A stretch of 64,000 nucleotides of DNA from Eledone cirrhosa (Eukaryota). Under the pieces are notes generated by a model. The model made no database searches and had not been told where the DNA came from. It worked only from the letters and a program-made list of their open reading frames with translations. Both the position numbers and the translations under genes were made by a program. Location of the stretch: the NCBI GenBank assembly GCA_964016885.1, contig CAXHJY010000488.1, positions 53,001-117,000 on the forward strand. Reading direction: 5' to 3'. Below, piece after piece: positions 56,947 to 64,000 of this stretch (within the stretch, counting starts at the first letter, position 1; each line of letters starts with the position of its first letter).

Positions 56947-57000
<54 letters not shown>

Positions 57001-57524
57001 TTATATTTCCTTTAGGTTAGTATTGGGTATGGAATAAAAACAACAACAACAACAACAACCATACCCAAACAAGCAATACTGACCTAAGGGAAATATGAAT
57101 AAATAAATAAATAAATAAATATATACACAAGTACAATAACGACAAACACATAAACACACACTAGTGAACAAAGATAGAATACAAAAACACATACACTCTA
57201 ACACGAACACACACACCAAACAGAAAACACACACGCAAACGCATGCGCAAACAGAGACAGAAACAAGAATAAATAAATAAAATAAAAATGGCGTTGACAT
57301 TACAATACAACGGGAGGAAACATAATAGTACCACTAATGATGTCACAGATGTGTGACGAAAGAACTTTGTTAGACTATATATATATATATATATATATTA
57401 TTAGGGCAAACATTGATGCAATTCAATTCAAGCACTCAACGTACTTTTTCCACATAGGAGTGACGGAGTAAATATCGAATAAGGAAAAGTGAAGTAGTTT
57501 CAGATGTTCAAGTCCTTTAATAAT

Positions 57525-57686
57525 TGTTTCTACTTTAGGCACAAGGCCAGCAAATTACCCAGTGCATTACTGGTACTTTATTTTATCGACCCCGTAAGGA
57601 TGAAAGGCAAAGTCAACCTCGGCGGGATTTGAACTCAGATCGTAAAGGGACGTAACTATGCTGGAAAGCATGGCGTCCGACCTTCT
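57525..57686 (-). mobile_element. SINE family B with 13-bp TSD
   Basis: GTCCTTTAATAAT at 57512-57524 and 57687-57699. Confidence 0.92.
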
Positions 57687-58873
57687 GTCCTTTAATAATA
57701 ATGCTGTGATATATATTTCAATGACGACACTGGCCACACTGTTCTGTGTGCGAGTGTTGTGACATCATCAGACAGCTTGTTACATAATAAGGTTATGTTT
57801 CCGAGGCAATCCAAATTGAATCGACATGGGAACGGATGAAATGCGTGCCTTTGGGTTTTTCATCCGTTCCCCTGTGAGTACCAATTCACCCCCACCGGTC
57901 TGCGCAGGCGCATGTCCGAAGGAAGTTGACCATTAGCTACCGCAGATTTCAACGAAATTCGCTTAGTCAGTTCACCCTCTCAGCCACACAATGGCCCACC
58001 TAGGCCTGTACCATAGTTTACTGCTACCCATCCCGACTGTGGCAGTCAGCCGAAAGCCAGAGGGGATGGGAGAGTGTTAGTTTTTACAGGTCATAATACT
58101 ACCTCTCACCTAGCGTGGACACTACGACTGACCATCAACTCATAAGGGAAAATAAACTTAATTCTAGGTATCATGGTTTTACATTGGAAGTTAAGAGTGA
58201 GAGTTGGAAATAAAAATTAAAATCCTAAATCAAATATCAGAAATTATAAATTAAACAATTAAAAAATTAACAATTAGAAATTAAAAGTTAAAACATTTTT
58301 CAAGTGAGAATTCGGATTGAGGTGAGTAAAAAAATATAGATTGAAGTGAGTAAATAATATGGAGAGAGATGTTTAAGTAAGAAGTTCTGAGAGGGGTCTT
58401 AGTGTCACAGTTACTCTATCTACATATTGAAGGACAGTGCCGTACATTAGAACGGAGGGTAAGCTACAGTATTCAAGGCATTAGTCAATCTGGTACACAG
58501 TCATAATTTACATCACATGGAACAAAACCAAAGAAAAACAGACATAAAGTACAGAAAAGAAAAGAACCAATAATGAATAAATGCAAAAACACAGAATACA
58601 TATATGCAAAATGATCCATATGATTATCAATCTGTCAATGTATAGATTGAATTGAGGGGCTTCTGTTCAAATGCGATTTGGTGCAGGAAAATAGGGGTTT
58701 ATCTTATTTTTTGTTTCCGCGTATTTATCCTGCCGAAAGTTACTATTATGTTCGTCCAGTGTCAGGGGTTTCCATCCCCATTGTAGAGGGAATTTCCGGG
58801 GCAGCTCATGGTTGGTTCCTCTCTTCTCCACCATATCGGTTACATCATAGAGCGCTCAACTAATTGGAGCTAA

Positions 58874-59144
58874 ATTATTAGGGTAAACATTGATGCAATT
58901 CAATTCAAGCACTCAATGTACTTTTTCTATCGATTCAATTTGGATTGCCTCGGAAACATAACCTTATTATGTAACAAGCTGTCTGATGATGTCACAGCAC
59001 TCGCACACAGAACAGTGTGGCCAGTGTCGTCATTGAAATATATATCACAGCATTAATGCACTGGGTAATTGCTGGCCTTGTGCCTAAAGTAGAAATAATT
59101 ATTATTAAAGGACTTGAACATCTGAAACTACTTCGCTTTTCCTT

Positions 59145-59148
<4 letters not shown>
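58874..59148. repeat. rearranged local duplicate of 57398-57824 (one direct block, two inverted blocks)
   Basis: 58874-58927 matches 57398-57450 directly; 58930-59055 is the reverse complement of 57700-57824; 59054-59148 is the reverse complement of 57477-57568. Confidence 0.9.
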
Positions 59149-59213
<65 letters not shown>

Positions 59214-59318
59214 TTTTAACCGTTGGTCAATCAATGATAAACATTGATTGCCAAATAAATTAACTATGGAGATATAAAAGATACAGAAGCGAAAACCAAC
59301 TCAACCCAAGCAGTCAGT

Positions 59319-59359
59319 GCTTTCAAAGCATTTCATATTGGATGAAATGCTTTGAAAGC
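59319..59359. other. perfect 18-bp inverted repeat with 5-nt loop
   Basis: GCTTTCAAAGCATTTCAT-ATTGG-ATGAAATGCTTTGAAAGC. Confidence 0.9.
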
Positions 59360-60103
59360 GCAAAACATATCTGAAGACCTTGCGAATGCAGAGTCAGGTT
59401 CGATCTGTAATAGATCCTGCCTTGAGCATCGTCGGAGAAACATATGTAATATGATAACAAATTGTTTTGATACATCACAGATTCCTCGTTATATTTCTCT
59501 CTTTCGCCCATAACTTTTATTTTTCATTATACTAAATGTAACCACACAGCTCGCTATTTTATTCATATAAGCTTCCTTCCTCGCTGTCACCTGTCTCTTT
59601 TCTCTCCCCTTGTTGCTATCCTCTCTCTCCCTCTTCCCTCTCCTTCTCCCTCTTACTTTCGCTCACCCCCTCTGCTAGTCACCTTCTCTCGGCTAGCCTG
59701 CTACTATAACTATCTCTTTCTCGCTTCCCTTTACTTTCACTCACTCCCTCTCTGCTAGTCACCCTCTCTCCTCTAGTTAACTTCCTCCCTCGTCCACCAC
59801 TGTACGCAGCCTCTTCTCTCGCTAACACGGCTACAGTGAAGACGTCTTTTTCTCGTCAAACTCGCCAGTTCTTACGTTCGAAATGAGTTGATGACTTGAT
59901 ATTTTTCCTCTCTTTACGTTGCTTCACTCTTCGTGTCTGTTTACATGTTTTTACCCCCCCCCCCTTTTATCCCAATAACTTATTTTAGTTATTGTTCGCC
60001 CTAGGCTGAGGTATCTTGTCTCTAACGCGAAGAAATACCTATGATTCCTAGCAGACAACTGACGATGGGTATTCCCCTCTTTCGCCAGTAACTTTTATTT
60101 TTC

Positions 60104-60176
<73 letters not shown>

Positions 60177-60262
60177 TGCACCCCCGACATGACCCAAACC
60201 AGAAAGCAGTGGAGGTCAACCATGGAGGGGCTCCTCCAGCAGGAGCGAGAAGACATTGGATT

Positions 60263-60314
60263 GATGGGAGAGGATGGGAGAGGATGGGACAGGATGTGAT
60301 AGGATGGGACAGGG
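60263..60314. repeat. 10-bp tandem repeat (GATGGGASAG) x5
   Basis: Directly visible. Confidence 0.8.
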
Positions 60315-60823
60315 TGAATCACAAGGCCCCAAACATCTAGCCACTATCAATCCATCTAACAGTGATTCTAAATAATAGATTTTATTGTCAATTCATTTTA
60401 AAATATATATAATGCACAGATTTTCATTCGAGCTGTAATGTAATCATTCAAATATTTTATTTATCCATTCTATTTCATATTTAAACACATGTAATACTTC
60501 TTAAAACTTTATCAAATACCAACACACTGCATAGTAGCTCGTCTGGAAATAATTATCAATTTAATTTCATGCTAATTTAATTTTTACATTTATCGCTTTC
60601 TTTTCCATTTAAATGTTCTTACTATCCTGTTGAATTTTTAGAATGACGTCGGATTGATAACCAAAGCGACCAATCAAATCGTGAATCTAATAATTAATTA
60701 GAATATAGTAATTGTTTTAAAAGAAGTTTATTTTTGTACATATGTACATGTTTTTTAGTCTACTGAATGAAGTAGCGCTTACTTCTCAACATGTGTGTAT
60801 ATACATACAGTCGTATGTGGGTG

Positions 60824-60901
<78 letters not shown>

Positions 60902-61276
60902 GTGAGGTTTTTTTTACAAAATGAAAAATAACCGAGGTGTCCTACACGAGAGAAATATATATTAATAAAAGGATTTCCAACTTTGTCTGATTTACTCGTT
61001 TTATTTACAATCCTTTAAAATTTATAATGGTATTAGAATGAAATAGTATGGTATAATATTAAATGTTAAGTGTTAATTGAACAAGTACTTTCATGCTTTC
61101 GCAATCTTCAGGTTCATATTCTGAGGTGACAGTCAAGTTTGCAGTTTTCAACTGTGTATATACACATATGTGTGTGTGTGTGTCTCTCTCTGTATATATA
61201 TCGTCATCATTAACAACGAAACAATTCAAACACATGTACACACACACAGACATATGTATATATATATATCTATCTC

Positions 61277-61367
<91 letters not shown>

Positions 61368-61445
61368 CCCGGGTTTAATCGGGGGTAACAACAGTAAGTA
61401 AGTTATTCAATACATAGTAGACTATACATTTTTAATATAGAAGCC

Positions 61446-61495
<50 letters not shown>

Positions 61496-61701
61496 GTAAA
61501 TCTTTATATTTAATAATCTCTCGTTGGTTTGAGATGCAATTTGGGCGATATTGGGCTGCGCTTTCTAGCAACCAGCCTACTCGCCGTAAGTAACTAATCA
61601 CATTCTTTCTAACTTGACCACTGCCACGTCACGATTCTTAGCCATTTTTTGAATCTATTTCTGGCGGGATCGCTTGGAAAATTAACTGTCCTATTAAGTT
61701 T

Positions 61702-61778
61702 GTCTCCTGATGAGTTCGATACTCGAGATTTATCCTTAATAGGATATCTGAAAATACGAACGAGACCATGGTAGGGAT
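61702..61778 (+). ncRNA. hammerhead-like motif with long stem II and an A14->G change
   Basis: Stem I GTCTC/GGGAT (two G-U pairs), CTGATGA, stem II GTTCG/CGAAC enclosing TATCCT-TAAT-AGGATA, GAGA, palindromic stem III ACCATGGT, triplet GUA. Confidence 0.65.
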
Positions 61779-62402
61779 TTAATTACGGTATGTGCACATT
61801 TCTTCTAACTTTAAATTTATACCTAATTGTGTATGGTTGACGATATATTTGGTCAGTTTCTACATGCTGTTGAAATGTTGGGTAAATACTCTATTGAGGT
61901 CAACCGCGAAGAGGCTGCTTTCGGTTATTTATCAAATATTTCTTCATAGGAGCCTTTATTCTTATAGCCTGGTCTAATTGATTTTTATATGGTTAATTAT
62001 GCTAATTGGGAGAGGAAATTGTATATATTTATCTAATAATTCTAAGGACATGATTTATGATATATATATATTTCGTTTCTGAATTTGTTTAGCAAGATTC
62101 TTTATCTGAAAACGTGTGTTGAAACCGATATTGTTATACTTGTTATACTTATAAAACAAGATGGCGTAGGACAGAACAAAGGAGAGGCACAAAAACAAAG
62201 AAAAGAATCCCCAGTCACTGAAGAGGTAACGGAATGTGTGACGAAGGAACATTGACAATATATAAACAATCATCTGGTTGTGGAACCAACGAACCAACCG
62301 GAAATTTGTAAATTCCTAAATTTATAAATTTATTATAATAAATTGAAGTGAAAGCAACTGGTGCGTGTGTTTCTTATAGGCAACATGACCCTCCCAAAGT
62401 AT

Positions 62403-62438
<36 letters not shown>

Positions 62439-63041
62439 TTAAGTCGTTTGGAAGCCTCGACAATGCAAATGGGTAAATCTCCGGGTAACAAGGTCCGGTG
62501 GTGGAGAGAGAGATGTAAGTGGGTGTACGTTGAGATGCGTGGTGTGTATAAGATGTGTGAGATGTGTAGAATGAAGGGAAGAGTATAAAGGATAAAAATA
62601 AAAATAACAACACAAGAGAGAGTTACCTTGGGAGAGATTTAATAGTCCCTATATATTTCGGATTCACATACATCAACTGGGGGTTTTTTCCGGGGTGGGG
62701 GAAAAGGTTGTCTGTCGGACAAGTCCGGAACGCGTCTTTCGCTGTTTGTTGTTTTGAATATCTGAGGTATTCGGCAGAGCGCGCGTGCGCGTGAAATGGG
62801 GTCGGTCGTACAGAGGTCAGCGGCCGAATGAGGGAGTGGGATGGCGCTAGCTGTCAGTCCATTCTCTGCCTGTTTGTTAAATGTTACTGTGTGTGTGTGT
62901 GCGTGTGTTGTTGTCTCGCTTGAGTGTGTGTGTTGTGTGTGTGTGTTGTTGCCTTGTTCATCCGTATTGGCAGTGTAGTATGTTCGTATGGTGGAATGCT
63001 ACTGTGTGTGTGTGCGTGTGTGTGTGTGTAGTTGTCTCGTT

Positions 63042-63075
<34 letters not shown>

Positions 63076-63246
63076 GTGTGTTGTTGCATCGCTTGTTAAC
63101 TTAAACCAGCCATTTCATTTCGCTTCTCTCTGATCGGTTGTTTATTTGCGGTTGCAGTCGTTTGATAAAAAGCGCTTCCTTGATACGTAACGTGCCGACG
63201 TTTCTTTCCCCATCTCTCCGTATGGTGAGCAAATGGGGTCCCACGT

Positions 63247-63330
63247 GCTGGCCTCCCCACAGCCCCGGTAGACAGAATGGAGAAGGCGTTTCCCCCGAGA
63301 GCAGTTAGCCGGTATATGAAAGATACTAGC
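63247..63330 (-). mobile_element. CRE-like non-LTR 3' fragment, second copy
   Basis: Translates FIYRLTALGGNAFSILSTGAVGR, homologous to 41370-41415. Confidence 0.6.
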
Positions 63331-63409
63331 TTCGATTCTTCGATTCCCATGTGTGCTGATACCCATCTTTGCCCATTCAGTGGGTTTATACGCCCCATTA
63401 TTATCAATT

Positions 63410-63589
63410 GGCAGTATTGGTAGAGGGTCGGACGCCATGCTTTCCAGCAAAGAGTTACGGCCCTTTATAGTCTGAGTTCAAATCCCGCCGAAGTTAACTT
63501 TGCCTTTCATCCTTACGGGGTTGATAAAATAAAGTGCCAGTAATGCACTGGGATAACTGCTGGCCTTGTGCTAAAAGTAGAAACAATTA
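63410..63589 (+). mobile_element. SINE family B, near full length
   Basis: A box GGCAGTATTGG, B box GAGTTCAAATCCC, shared body and tail. Confidence 0.9.
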
Positions 63590-64000
63590 TCTATATATCT
63601 AAAACAGAGAATATCTGTCTGTCTGTCTGACTCCCTAAAACTTGAGAACCACCCAACCGATTGTTTTCAAACTTTACACATGTAATACTTATGGTCCTGT
63701 GAGTGTTTTTAGAAAGAGAATTTCAAATTTCCAATGCCCTAGGGACCGCATTAGGCGATTTAGCGATTTCTATCTATAATTCTAGGTCTTTCATTTTAGA
63801 TAGATACATAGATGCGCCCTTATAATATCTGTCTGTATGTCTGGCTGTCTGCATTATGACGTCGCTATCTGTGTGTGTGTATATATGTATATATAGTGTG
63901 TGTGTGTGTATATATATATAGTGTGTAACGCTTTTTGAAATATTTACTTCTGCGTTCTTAGATTGATTTTTTTAGTTAGTTTCGGAAGATCCCGTTAAGG
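63590..64000 (+). mobile_element. probable 5' part of a non-autonomous Helitron-like element
   Basis: A|TCTATATATCTAAAA start, then (TGTC)n and ACCGATT..TTCAAACTTT, the layout recalled for Helitron-derived interspersed repeats. The 3' end is not seen. Confidence 0.5.

Noticed and set aside
62210-62320. CTGAAGA-GGT...ACC-GGAAA hammerhead candidate (also isolated cores at 41889, 48632, 60059)
   Set aside because: No convincing stem I/III or GAAA partner.
62700-63240. CpG-richer segment as a promoter for the jeb-like gene
   Set aside because: No identifiable first exon or core promoter motif; it is interleaved with repeats.

Overview
Eukaryotic, AT-rich, microsatellite-dense DNA. The SINE types and the (TA)n/(CA)n load look cephalopod (octopus-like), which is an inference. 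Bases 1-38251 are one tandem array of about 2,125 copies of an 18-bp unit, GATATGGCAGTCAT[G/C]TTT, and the array continues off the left edge. It has a roughly even G/C dimorphism, 18 single-base-deletion units and nested kb-scale duplications. The giant ORFs over it are by-products of the repeat. The remaining 26 kb holds two tRNA-derived SINE families (several copies with target-site duplications), a 34-bp minisatellite, CRE-like and Penelope-like retroelement fragments and a Helitron-like 5' end. It also holds a dense set of hammerhead-ribozyme-like motifs (two with intact cores, about 10 degenerate or half copies) in small microsatellite-embedded elements. The only well-supported coding sequence is a spliced minus-strand exon (56371-56528) encoding an LDLa module that closely resembles jelly belly (Jeb)/HEN-1, the invertebrate ALK ligands.
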